Of a stretch of DNA of 64,000 nucleotides, positions 1 through 10,900 are shown piece after piece. Under the pieces are notes generated by a model. The model did not search any database. It had not been told where the DNA came from and saw nothing but the letters and a program-made list of their open reading frames with translations. The stretch spans positions 1 through 64,000 of the IMG/VR virus record IMGVR_UViG_3300021964_000012. One strand, written 5' to 3'. The position numbers and the translations under genes were made by a program. This DNA is from a virus. The stretch's first letter is position 1; the number at the start of each line of letters is the position of its first letter.

Positions 1-53
1 GACTCACACTTGAAGCAGGATGTATAAAACTGAATAGTGGATCAGCTCCACCA

Positions 54-1079
54 GTGAGTAAAACTGTTGAGATACCTAAGTTAAGATTAGCAGATACAAA
101 ATTTTCTCCTCAACAAGGTTGGATACCAGAACCAAATGCAATTGAAACTATAGTTACAAGAGCTCCTACACATGAGCCTTATGCAGAAAGAGGCACTGGT
201 GTCAATACTAGTACCAGTTTACAATCACCTGCTGAGCAGGTTCCTTTGGATCCAAAAACCCAAGATGCAGTAACCAAAGCAGAATCAACAGAAATTGATA
301 GTGTTACAGAAGCAGATTATGAAAAACAATCTCAAGCAAAAACCAACGTTGGTAAAATACCACCAGAAAAAGTAACCAGTATGATAGCACAATCAAGCAA
401 ACTTGTGCCACAAGATTTCAATGAAATATCCAATTCCAACGGTGTTGGTAAATTTGGTTTTAGTGCAACTGAATTAGAAAAAGGAGGACTATTGAAACCA
501 GGCACTGCAGAGTTCTTTCTCAAGGATGCTACCTCTGATCTAAGTACAGTACTAGGAAGTGCAAGTGTTTGGACAGGTTCACAAGGTGTTAATGGACTTA
601 GTGATTTTTTAAACAACGAAACATTACAAGATGTAACCAAAACAGATTTATTCAACAAAGGATTAGGCGAGTTGCAGAATGCAGGAATAGTAACCGGCCT
701 AGAAGATGAATCTGCACTAGGCGGTTTGGTTAGTGGTGCAAGTAAATTTGGAGCAGACGCAGTTAAAAAATGGCAAGATGGTGCCGCAACACTAGGAGAA
801 ACATTTAGTGGAAGTAACAGTACAAAAATTACCAGTTCTGAAATGAATAAAGTTGTAAGAGGCGGTCAGTATTCAATACAATTAGCACAACAAAAATTGA
901 GTAACGAAGTACAAGGATTTTCAACTAGCAGTGGAGGCGTAGTGAGTACAACAGTAAGAAGTTCAATTGACACTGCGGTAGCAAGTGTAGTTACAAGTAA
1001 GAAAGTCAATGGAGTGGATGACGAAACTGCGGCATTTGAAGCTGAATTTGATGCACAAAATAATACCACAAATACGTAG
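54..1079 (+). CDS. virion/baseplate-associated structural protein, function unassigned; possibly 5'-partial
   Basis: 341-codon ORF starting at GTG 54. The same frame stays open back to base 3, so the true start may lie upstream of the window. A different frame stops at 25-27, which could be the end of the preceding gene. Located directly upstream of baseplate genes on the same strand. Confidence 0.5.
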   Translation: MSKTVEIPKLRLADTKFSPQQGWIPEPNAIETIVTRAPTHEPYAERGTGVNTSTSLQSPAEQVPLDPKTQDAVTKAESTEIDSVTEADYEKQSQAKTNVGKIPPEKVTSMIAQSSKLVPQDFNEISNSNGVGKFGFSATELEKGGLLKPGTAEFFLKDATSDLSTVLGSASVWTGSQGVNGLSDFLNNETLQDVTKTDLFNKGLGELQNAGIVTGLEDESALGGLVSGASKFGADAVKKWQDGAATLGETFSGSNSTKITSSEMNKVVRGGQYSIQLAQQKLSNEVQGFSTSSGGVVSTTVRSSIDTAVASVVTSKKVNGVDDETAAFEAEFDAQNNTTNT

Positions 1080-1090
1080 GTAAATACATC

Positions 1091-1471
1091 ATGCCAACAT
1101 TTATCGGATATAGTACCATTGGAAGGTACAAGAACTATACAGTCACAGATTTTGAATTAATCAAGCGTGATTTATTAAATGCTCTTACAATCAGACAAGG
1201 AGAAATGCCTGGCAGACCTAATGTTGGTACAACTATATGGAGTTTGTTGTTCGAACCTCAAGGAGCTCCAACTTCAAAAGCAATTAACAAAGAACTACAA
1301 CGCATAGTTGCACAAGATCCAAGAATCAGTATCTCAGATATCAATGTTTACCCACAAGAGAATGGAATACTTATTGAACTTGAGGTTGATACTGTGAGTG
1401 GCCAACAAGGTGAACTACTTAATATATTTTTCAACAGTGAGACTATGAGAGCCGCTTACGCAGACGTGTAG
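1091..1471 (+). CDS. baseplate wedge protein, GPW/gp25 family
   Basis: 126 aa. The segment LIKRDLLNALTIRQGEMPGRPNVGTTIWSLLFEP fits the gp25/GpW signature (T..GE..m.P.fG..l..llFe). Sits next to a Baseplate_J-like gene. Confidence 0.75.
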   Translation: MPTFIGYSTIGRYKNYTVTDFELIKRDLLNALTIRQGEMPGRPNVGTTIWSLLFEPQGAPTSKAINKELQRIVAQDPRISISDINVYPQENGILIELEVDTVSGQQGELLNIFFNSETMRAAYADV

Positions 1472-1495
1472 ATAAACTACGTAGTTTATTATTTT
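1472..1495 (+). terminator. putative intrinsic terminator or palindromic site
   Basis: Perfect 18-bp palindrome ATAAACTACGTAGTTTAT (1472-1489) immediately after the gp25-like stop codon, followed by TATTTT. Confidence 0.45.
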
Positions 1496-1496
1496 C

Positions 1497-1504
1497 ATAA
1501 ATAC
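1497..1504 (+). promoter_or_regulatory. T4-type late promoter candidate (ATAAATAC)
   Basis: CATAAATAC lies 17 nt upstream of the ATG at 1522, with AAGGAA as an SD in between. It resembles the T4-like late -10 element TATAAATA. The same 9-mer CATAAATAC recurs at 19088-19096. Confidence 0.4.
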
Positions 1505-1521
1505 CATGTAAGGAAACACAC

Positions 1522-4500
1522 ATGGCTAAAACTACAAGACAAACAAGTATATTTGGTGTAGAAGATTGGAAGAGAATCTATCAAACCTATCGTGAAGCGG
1601 ACTTTCAAAGTTATGATTTTGAAACACTCCGGAAAACTTTCATTGATTATATAAGACTGTATTACCCCGAAAGTTTCAATGATTACATAGAGTCTAGCGA
1701 ATTTATTGCTATACTTGATGTTATGGCTTTTATGGGTCAAGCAGGCAGTTTTCGAAATGATCTTAATACACGTGAAAACTTTATTGATACTGCTGAAAGA
1801 AGAGACAGTGTTACTAGACTTGCAGAACTAGTTAGTTATACACCAAAGCGTAATACTGCCGCACAAGGTTTTTTAAAAGTACAAAGCATAAGCACCACTG
1901 AAGGTGTAATTGACTTTACTGGTGTTAACTTGTCCAATATCACAATAAATTGGAACGATACTACTAACCCGAATTGGCTAGAACAATTTACAGTTGTTGT
2001 AAATGCTGCTCTTAGCGGAAGTCAGCGTTTTGGAAAACCAGGAAATAGTCAAACACTTTTGGGAGTTGACACAGAAGAATATACACTCAATCTAATAGCA
2101 GGATTTTTACCTGTTGTACCGTTCAGTCAGACTGTAAATGGCACTAACATGACATTTGAAGCAGTAAATGCAACGTCATTAAATGAAACATACCTGTATG
2201 AGCCGGCACCTGCACCAAGCGGGCCGTTAAACATACTGTATAGAAATGACAAACAAGGATATGCTAGTGCAAACACTGGTTACTTTTTTTATTTTAAACA
2301 AGGCTCTCTACAAGATCAACAATTTAATCTTGGAGAAAGAATCAGCAACAGAATTGTTAACGTCAACATAGAAGGTATAAACAACGAAGATGTTTGGTTA
2401 TACCAACTTAATGCACAGAACTCAATAATTGCAGAATGGGAAAAAGTTGAAAATATCTACACTGGTGCAGTTGAAGAACTTACACCTGAACAACGCAGGT
2501 ATTTTAGTATTACATCAAGAACAAATGATCAAATTGACTTGAATTTTGGAGATGGTGTGTTTAGTAGTATACCAGTAGGAACATTTAGAACCTATGTTAG
2601 AAGTTCAAATGGCCTAAACTATATTATCAATCCAGATGAAATGCAAAATGTAACTTTTAATATAGGTTACGTAAGCAAAACAGGACGAAACGAAACACTA
2701 ACCTTCACTTGTGCGTTAACTGTACCGGTGAGCAATGCAAGCAGTAGAGAAAATATAAACGATATCAAACAAAGAGCCCCAGCAAGATATTATACCCAAG
2801 ATAGAATGGTCAACGGAGAAGACTACAACAATTTTCCATATACACTTTATTCAACTATAATCAAGTCCAAGGCTGTTAACAGAAGCTCAATTGGTACTAG
2901 TAGGTATCTGGACTTAGTAGATATCACTGGAAAATATTCAAGCACAAATGTTTTTGCCTCAGATGGCATGATCTACGAAAATACACAAGTACCCAGCTTT
3001 ACATTCACTTTTGCCGATGCAAACGACATTACCAATGTAATTGTAAACCAAGTTGAACCTCTATTAGCAAGTAGAGGAATGCAAGAATTCTATTACGAGA
3101 ACTTCAATCGACCAAGTTTAACAACGTTAAATCTTGAATGGAATCAAAGCACCACTAGTAATAGCGAGACAACTGGATTTTTTAAATTTGTATCAAACGG
3201 AGCACCTGCACCAGTAGGTCCTCAAGCAAGCGACAATAAAAAATATATCGCACAAGGTGGACTGGTAAAATTTACTCCACCAGCTGGACAGTATTTTACT
3301 GCAACAAATAGACTGGCAGTTGGTTCACCAACACTACCCGGCGATAAGATGGTTTTATGGGCAACTGTAACTGCTTTAGAGCTTGATGGGACAAACTTTG
3401 GAGTTGGAAATAATGCAGACGGAACTGGCCCTGTAACTTTAAATACTTTTATTCCAACAGGTGCAGTACCCACACAGGTAATTATAAATTTTATTACTGA
3501 TTTGCCTACCTCTATTGAAACTACAATGAGGGAAAATATTGAACTCTATCGAGATTTTGGGCTGGGTTACGATAATCTTACGCAGACATGGTATATTATT
3601 ACATCAACAAACATCGATAGCAGTATTACTTTTAGTTTAGCATATGCTCAAGATACGTCAGGCACGGGTTTAGATAATAGCTGGCTTGTTGATTTTCAAA
3701 CTGATGGTGTAACTTATACAGTAAGCTCTAGAAGCTTGGATCGTTTTTGGGCAAGTATCTTAGAAACACGCTTTTTCTATGATGGTACACAAAAAGTTTA
3801 TGACCCCAAAACAGGCAAAGTTGTTAATGATTTTATCAATGTACTAAAAACAAACAACCTACCTGACTCAAGTTCAACACTTAATAGTGATGAGATACTG
3901 GACATAATCGGACAACCAGTTGAAGCAGATGGCTTTATTGATGACTTTAGAGTAAGAGTCAGCTATAGAGATTCAGACAATGATGGCATTCCAGATAATC
4001 CAGATTATTTTGAAACATTGGTTGCACCAGATACAAATCCTGTTACCAAAAGGGTATACCTTCAGCAAACAATTGATTTTGATAATCTTGAAAGATATAC
4101 ACCACTTGCAAGTGGTGTAGTCAACGGCACTTATGCAACAAAAGATGCAATTGAACTAGATAAAAGCGAATATGCTGATGGGCAGGTTTTTTATGCGTAC
4201 ACAGATGAAAAATTCTATAAACTTACTGTAGCCTATGACGGAGTTAGAACTATTAGTGAAGTTAGTGGTTATCAAACCTATGTTGGTAGACAAGATCTTT
4301 ATTTTCAGTATCGACACAATGCTCCACTTAGTCGACGTATTGATCCAGGTACAACTAATATTATTGATATCTATCTTTTAACACAGGCATATTATAATGC
4401 GTATCAAAATTATCTTCGAGACACTACTGGTTCTGTTAAGGAACCAGCAAAACCGACTATCGACGAACTAACTACGTCCTATAATACACTTGATCAATAT

Positions 4501-4929
4501 AAAATGATTTCAGATAATATTATCTTAAACAGTGTAACATTCAAACCATTGTTCGGAACCAAAGCTCCAGAAGAACTTAGAGCAACTATTAAGTGTGTGA
4601 AAAACGCTACAAGCACAGTGAGCATAAGTGAAATTAAAAGTCAGGTTGTAAATGCTATCAATCAATATTTTACAATTGAAAATTGGGACTTTGGCGATAC
4701 CTTTTTCTTTTCAGAGCTAAGTTCATATTTACACGATCAACTTGGTTCAATAATAAGCACGGTTGTACTTGTTCCGACAAATCCTTTGAAATCTTTTGGA
4801 GATTTATACGAAATAAGATCTCAAGCAAATGAAATTTTTGTGAATGCCGCAACAGTGAATGACGTTGAAATTATTGATGCATTGACTAGCAGTCAACTTA
4901 GAACTGCACCAAATAGTGGAGTAGTTTAA
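1522..4929 (+). CDS. baseplate wedge protein, Baseplate_J / T4 gp6-like
   Basis: 1135 aa. The N-terminus (DFQSYDFETLRKTFIDYIRLYYPESFNDYIESSEFIAILDVMAFMGQ...RENFIDTAERRDSV) matches the typical Baseplate_J/gp6 N-terminal pattern. It follows the gp25-like gene, as in T4-like marine phages. Confidence 0.6.
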   Translation: MAKTTRQTSIFGVEDWKRIYQTYREADFQSYDFETLRKTFIDYIRLYYPESFNDYIESSEFIAILDVMAFMGQAGSFRNDLNTRENFIDTAERRDSVTRLAELVSYTPKRNTAAQGFLKVQSISTTEGVIDFTGVNLSNITINWNDTTNPNWLEQFTVVVNAALSGSQRFGKPGNSQTLLGVDTEEYTLNLIAGFLPVVPFSQTVNGTNMTFEAVNATSLNETYLYEPAPAPSGPLNILYRNDKQGYASANTGYFFYFKQGSLQDQQFNLGERISNRIVNVNIEGINNEDVWLYQLNAQNSIIAEWEKVENIYTGAVEELTPEQRRYFSITSRTNDQIDLNFGDGVFSSIPVGTFRTYVRSSNGLNYIINPDEMQNVTFNIGYVSKTGRNETLTFTCALTVPVSNASSRENINDIKQRAPARYYTQDRMVNGEDYNNFPYTLYSTIIKSKAVNRSSIGTSRYLDLVDITGKYSSTNVFASDGMIYENTQVPSFTFTFADANDITNVIVNQVEPLLASRGMQEFYYENFNRPSLTTLNLEWNQSTTSNSETTGFFKFVSNGAPAPVGPQASDNKKYIAQGGLVKFTPPAGQYFTATNRLAVGSPTLPGDKMVLWATVTALELDGTNFGVGNNADGTGPVTLNTFIPTGAVPTQVIINFITDLPTSIETTMRENIELYRDFGLGYDNLTQTWYIITSTNIDSSITFSLAYAQDTSGTGLDNSWLVDFQTDGVTYTVSSRSLDRFWASILETRFFYDGTQKVYDPKTGKVVNDFINVLKTNNLPDSSSTLNSDEILDIIGQPVEADGFIDDFRVRVSYRDSDNDGIPDNPDYFETLVAPDTNPVTKRVYLQQTIDFDNLERYTPLASGVVNGTYATKDAIELDKSEYADGQVFYAYTDEKFYKLTVAYDGVRTISEVSGYQTYVGRQDLYFQYRHNAPLSRRIDPGTTNIIDIYLLTQAYYNAYQNYLRDTTGSVKEPAKPTIDELTTSYNTLDQYKMISDNIILNSVTFKPLFGTKAPEELRATIKCVKNATSTVSISEIKSQVVNAINQYFTIENWDFGDTFFFSELSSYLHDQLGSIISTVVLVPTNPLKSFGDLYEIRSQANEIFVNAATVNDVEIIDALTSSQLRTAPNSGVV

Positions 4930-4932
4930 AAT

Positions 4933-7900
4933 ATGGCTAAGCGTATTCGCTCAGAGGATTTCTTACCTGAAATCTTTCAAACACCAGCTAATAAGCAACT
5001 TCTAAGAAGTACTCTTGATCAGCTTACACAAAATCCTAAACTTAAACCAACAGAAGGTTACATAGGACGTAAAATTGGTCCAGGGGTAACTGCCAGTGAC
5101 AACTATATTCTTGAACCATCTGCAACCAGAACAGATTATCAATTGGAACCAGGGGTAGTTCAACTTCAACCTGATACAAGCACAGTTGATAATGCAATTA
5201 CCTATCCAGGTATAATTGATAGTTTGAAAATGCAAGGAGCAAATACAACAAGACACGATAGGTTATTCAATAGCGAGCATTATAGCTACGATCCAATGAT
5301 TGATTATGACAAATTTGTGAACTTTGGACAGTATTATTGGATACCAGCAGGTCCAAATAGTGTTGATGTATTTGCAAATACTATTCCAACTGCAGACAAC
5401 TTTGATGTAACCTACAGCGAAGTCGGGTACAAGTTTAGTGGTTATAGTGGCACACTGCCCACAATCACACTTGTAAGAGAAGGAAACTATACATTTGATG
5501 TAAACGCAAGTGGACGTAATTTTTGGATACAAAGTGTTCCTGGAACCAGTGGTGTATTACCACAACAAGCCAACCAAAGTTCTCGTGAAGTACTTGGAGT
5601 AACCAACAATGGTGATGATGTTGGAACAGTTTCTTTTAATGTTCCTGCAAAAACTGCACAGAATTTTTTCTTTAATCTTGCTGACATAGGTTCTACTGAC
5701 TTGGTCGAAGATACACTTCAGTTTAATCAAATAAACAATCGATATGTTGATGTTTTCTTAGAAGAACATGGCGGTATTGATGGCATAACTGATTTACAAA
5801 ACCGGACACTTATTTTCAATACAACCACAGACCAAGGTTGGGAAGATGAAGAACCATTTTCTAGTGAAGGGTTTGATACAACTGCATTTAGTGATTCAGG
5901 TGCAATTCCAACAGACGCCGATCGGTATGTCCAATGGCGTATAAATTACAACTACGACGATCCACTTCGTCCGTTTATGGAACTTACAAAAGTACAAAGC
6001 ATTGCAAATCTAAGCAAAACAAAGATAGAATATGGCACAGAATACTCTGGTAGCACTATGTACAAAACTGCTGAAGGTGTATTTGCACGTCAGCCACTGA
6101 TAACTGCTAATCTTGATATCTTGTACTATCAAGACGGTAGCGATGAACTAAATTTTGGTGTAATAAGAGTAGTAGACCAAATAAATTCCTCAGACTTAAA
6201 CATAGAAGATATCCTCGGTGAACCTAATTATACATCACCAAATGGTGTGGTTTTCACCAATGGCTTGAAAGTCAAATTTATTGGAAATGTGGTTCCTGCA
6301 AGTTATGCAAACGTAGAATACTATGTAGAAGGTGTTGGTACTGCGATTGAATTTGTAAAAGTTACCGACTTAATAACCCCTGAAACCTATACAAAGTCAG
6401 AAACAGTGCCTTTTGATAGTACTAGTTTCGACGAAGGTGGATTCGATGCAACTGCTGACGCTCCTATTGTACAAGATTATCTCTTAATTAACAGAGCAAG
6501 CATTAATCTAAATGCTTGGAGTAGAGGTAATAGATGGTTTCATATTGATGTGCTTACTGCAACTGCAAACTACAATAATACAGTATTAACCTTAGATAAT
6601 GATGCAAGAGCAAAACGACCAATTATTGAATTTGTTAAAAATCTAAAATTGTATAACTTTGGTACTCTTGCTACACAACCAGTTGATATTATTGATTTTG
6701 ACGAAACTGATGCGTTTAGTAATATAAATGGAACCTCTGGATATTCAGTAGATGGATATAGCCTAATTGAAGGTTCAAGAATTATATTCAATGCAGACGT
6801 TGATCCCGAAGTTGTAAATAAAATTTATACAGTACAATTTATTAATCTTGGAGCAGGTGATATAATTGACTTACAACCTGCAAGTTTGACCGAACCTGAC
6901 ATTGCAACTAATATAACTGTTGTTGTAAGATCTGGAGTAACTGAACAAGGAAAATCCTACTGGTTTAATGGCATCACTTGGACAGAAGCTCAACAAAAAA
7001 CAGATACAAACCAGGCACCATTATTTGATATCTACGATTCAAGTGGTTATAGTTTAAGCGATACTTTAGTTTACCCTTCTACTACTTTTGCAGGAACTAA
7101 AATTTTTAGCTATGCCGTTGGCACTGGAACTACAGATTCCATTATTGAACAACCTTTGAAATATTTAACCATCAATAATGTTGGTGACATTGTATTTGAT
7201 AATAATTTTTATTCAGATACGTTTACTTACGGCTCATCTAATAATGGTACTACAGCAAACATTTCTCTTGGTACAGTAAGACAGTACAACACAATTGATA
7301 CTTTTATAAAACTTCTTGGATGGCAAACAAGTTTTACAAATTATGTTCAACGACAAAGTTTTAGTTTTGAATTTGATGGGAACTCATTGATTCTTGATGT
7401 TGAAGTGTCAAATGATACAAGTATTGTACCAGTGAAAGTTTTTGTTGAAGGACAATTTATACTGTCTGATACCTATACCTATGCAACAAACAGTGCAGGG
7501 GTCACTGAAATTACATTCAATGCAAATGTGGTTGGACAACCAGCAACTGTTCCTCCAATAGGATCGGTAATAGAAGTGCAGGTCATAAGCAATAGTCCTA
7601 GTAGTGTTGCGTTCTATACTATTCCAGACAATCTAGAATCAAATGCTCTAAACGAAAATAGTTCTACTTTTACTCTAGGAACACTTAGGACACACTATGA
7701 AAGTATCTGTCAAAACCTTGAACACTTCTCAGGTAAGATACACGGAGCAAACAACATACGTGACCTTGGTAATATTATTCCATACGGTGATTTAATTCTA
7801 CAACAAAGTGCACCATTAACACTTACAACTCCTTTTATAAATGAAAGAAGCACTGATTACTTTAGATCATTGGAATTTAATGCTTCTGAGTATAATAAAA

Positions 7901-10900
7901 CCAAGAACAAAATACTTGATTATGTTGCAAACAACGATTGGGAAAACAAAACTGCGGCTGAGATTCTTGACCAAACTCTGCTTGCAATAAACGCTGGAAA
8001 AACTTCATCTTCATCATTTTACTGGACTGATGCGATTCCAACTGGAACAGTTTACGAACAAACAACATACACTGTGACTCCAATCACAACATATGTTTTT
8101 GATACACTCTACAATTATAACTTTACATCAGCAAACTATCAAGGTTTATTGGTTTATTATATTCCAGTTTCAACTGGAGTAGAGACACAACTAGTCGGCG
8201 ACGGGCATGAATATACAGTTGCTACTGATGGTCCAAGAATTACAATTAATTCTTCTGATATTACACTTTCAATTGGCGATAAGATTATTATACGAGAATA
8301 CAAAACAACATATGGAAGTTATGTGCCTGCAACTCCGAGCATGTTAGGCTTATACCAAGTATACATGCCAAGGGAGTTCCTTGACAATACCTATGTGGAA
8401 CCAACAAATGTAATACAAGGACATGATGGCAGCATCACAGTATCATTTCCAGATGGTGATTACAGAAATAGTGTGCTATTAGAGTTTGAAAAAAGATGTT
8501 ATAATAATATCAAACTTACAGCTGATGAAAAATACAATCCTATACTTCAAGCCGTTGATGTTATTCCAGGACAGTTTAGAACAACTGACTATACACTCAC
8601 TGAGATAAACGATATTCTTAATGTAAGTTTTCTTGCTTGGGTTGGTGCACAAAGAGTTCCGTACAAAATTCAAACCTACGATGCTGATAACGGTTTTACT
8701 TGGAATTACAGTCAGAGTGCAAATAGACTAGATGGAAAACCTTTACTTGGCTTCTGGCGTGGTATATATTTTAATCTCTACGACACAGATAGTCCTGATA
8801 CTCGTCCATGGGAAATGGTTGGTTTAAGTGAAAAACCAACCTGGTGGGAAACACGTTATGGTCCTGCTCCTTACACCAGTGGAAACACTGTACTATGGCA
8901 AGACATGGCAGATGGTAAAATTACCTATCCAACTGGTGATGTTATTAAACCAAGATTTGTTCGCCCAGAATTACTAGATTGTTTACCAACAGATTCACAG
9001 GGCAATCTAGTTGATCCAATGGTTTCGATTGTTGGAAGTTACGATATAAACAGTTTTAAAAAATCTTGGGTGGCTGGAGATTATGCTCCTACACAAACTG
9101 CTTGGAGAAGAAGTAGCTATTATCCGTTTGCTATTCAGAGATTGCTTGCTCTTACTATGCCTGCAAAGTATTTTGGTTTGTTTTCTGATGTAGACTTGTA
9201 CAAATACAACACAGATTTCAATCAATACCTTTACAATGATAGATATCGTGTTGATGCTTCAACCGTTGAAGTTTATGGTAATGGAACTGCAAAACACAGT
9301 TTCATAAATTTTGTAGTTGATTACAATAGATTAACAGGAGTTGATAGTACCGCTTTAGTAAAAACAAAACTAGAAAATCTTGACGTACGTTTATGCTATC
9401 GAATGGCAGGTTTCAGTGATAAGAGCTATTTAAAAATATTTTCTGAAAAATCATCTCCGAACAGTCTAAATAGCAGTTTGTTGTTGCCCGACGAAAGCTA
9501 TCAACTATTTTTATATAAAAATCCAAGTTTTTCTGAAGTCCAGTTTTCCAGTGTTATAGTTCAAAGAACAAACACAGGTTGGACAGTTGCTGGTTATTCT
9601 ACTACTAAACCGTATTTCAATATTTTAAAGAGCACTGCCGCAGGAACATTCAGTACCTTCACTGTAAATGGCAACACTTTTAGAGTACCTCAAACATTTA
9701 CGAATCAAGTGACACAAGTGCCTTACGGTTATGAATTTTCAAGCTCTAGTTCAGTAGTAGATTTTTTAGTGAGTTATGGTGAATTATTAAAGCAACAGGG
9801 CATGTCCTTTGACTCAACCGAGAATGAGGTTATTGTAAACTGGACACAAATGGCTCAAGAGTTTATCTACTGGGTTGGACAAAGTTGGACTGTAGGAAGT
9901 GTTATAAATTTAAATCCAGCGGCCAACATTCTAAAGCTAGAAAAAGACTTTAGTGTTGTTGAGAGCCTAGCAAGCGAAAATCTCAATGACGTAATATTGA
10001 ATCAAAATTTTAGACCTTTGTTGTCAGACGACTATGCAGTAGAAAGATTAGACAACGAACTGAAACTTATAGGATTGAATAATAATACTTTTAGTTTTCT
10101 ACAAGGAAGATTTACATCTTATGAACACATCATAGTCTTTGATAATATTAGTATTTTCAATGATCTGATCTATCAACCAGTAACTGGCGCAAGACAAAAT
10201 CGATTATTAGTTAATGGGTATACAGTGTATGACTGGAATGGTACATTAGATGCACAAGGCTTTATACTCAACCAAGATAATATAAAATCATGGGAGCCGA
10301 ATGTAGGCTACACCAAAGGGCAGATTGTAGAATATAAAAACTCTTATTGGAGTGCCACTACAATTTTATCACCAAGCCAAACTTTTGTTTTTGCAGACTG
10401 GATAAAAAGTGATTACGCTAGAATACAAACTGGTTTACTTCCTAACCTTGCAACTAAAGCAGATGAATTGCAAGATAATTATAACATTCACACTGCTAAT
10501 CTTGAAAGCGATTCAACATTACTAGGACTAGGACTAATTGGATTTAGACCAAGACAGTACATGCAAAATCTTAACCTCGACGACATTTCACAGGCTGGTT
10601 TGTACTCACAGTTCTTGGGCACAAAAGGCACTATTCGTGCCGCTGAACAATTTAAAAGTGCAAACCTTGGCAAAGAAGAAGCAGAATACGAAATCAGAGA
10701 AAATTGGGCAATCCAAAGAGCTATATATGGAGCAAATGCTAACCGAAGTTATTTTGAATTACAACTAGAAGAAAGCAAACTGCTTAGTAACCCAAGCACA
10801 ATAGCAGTAGTGGCGCCTGATACTATTTCAACTGCTGAACAAACAGTTTTAATTGATGATATTTACAAATCAAGTTATAAAATTAGCACCACTGATATTT

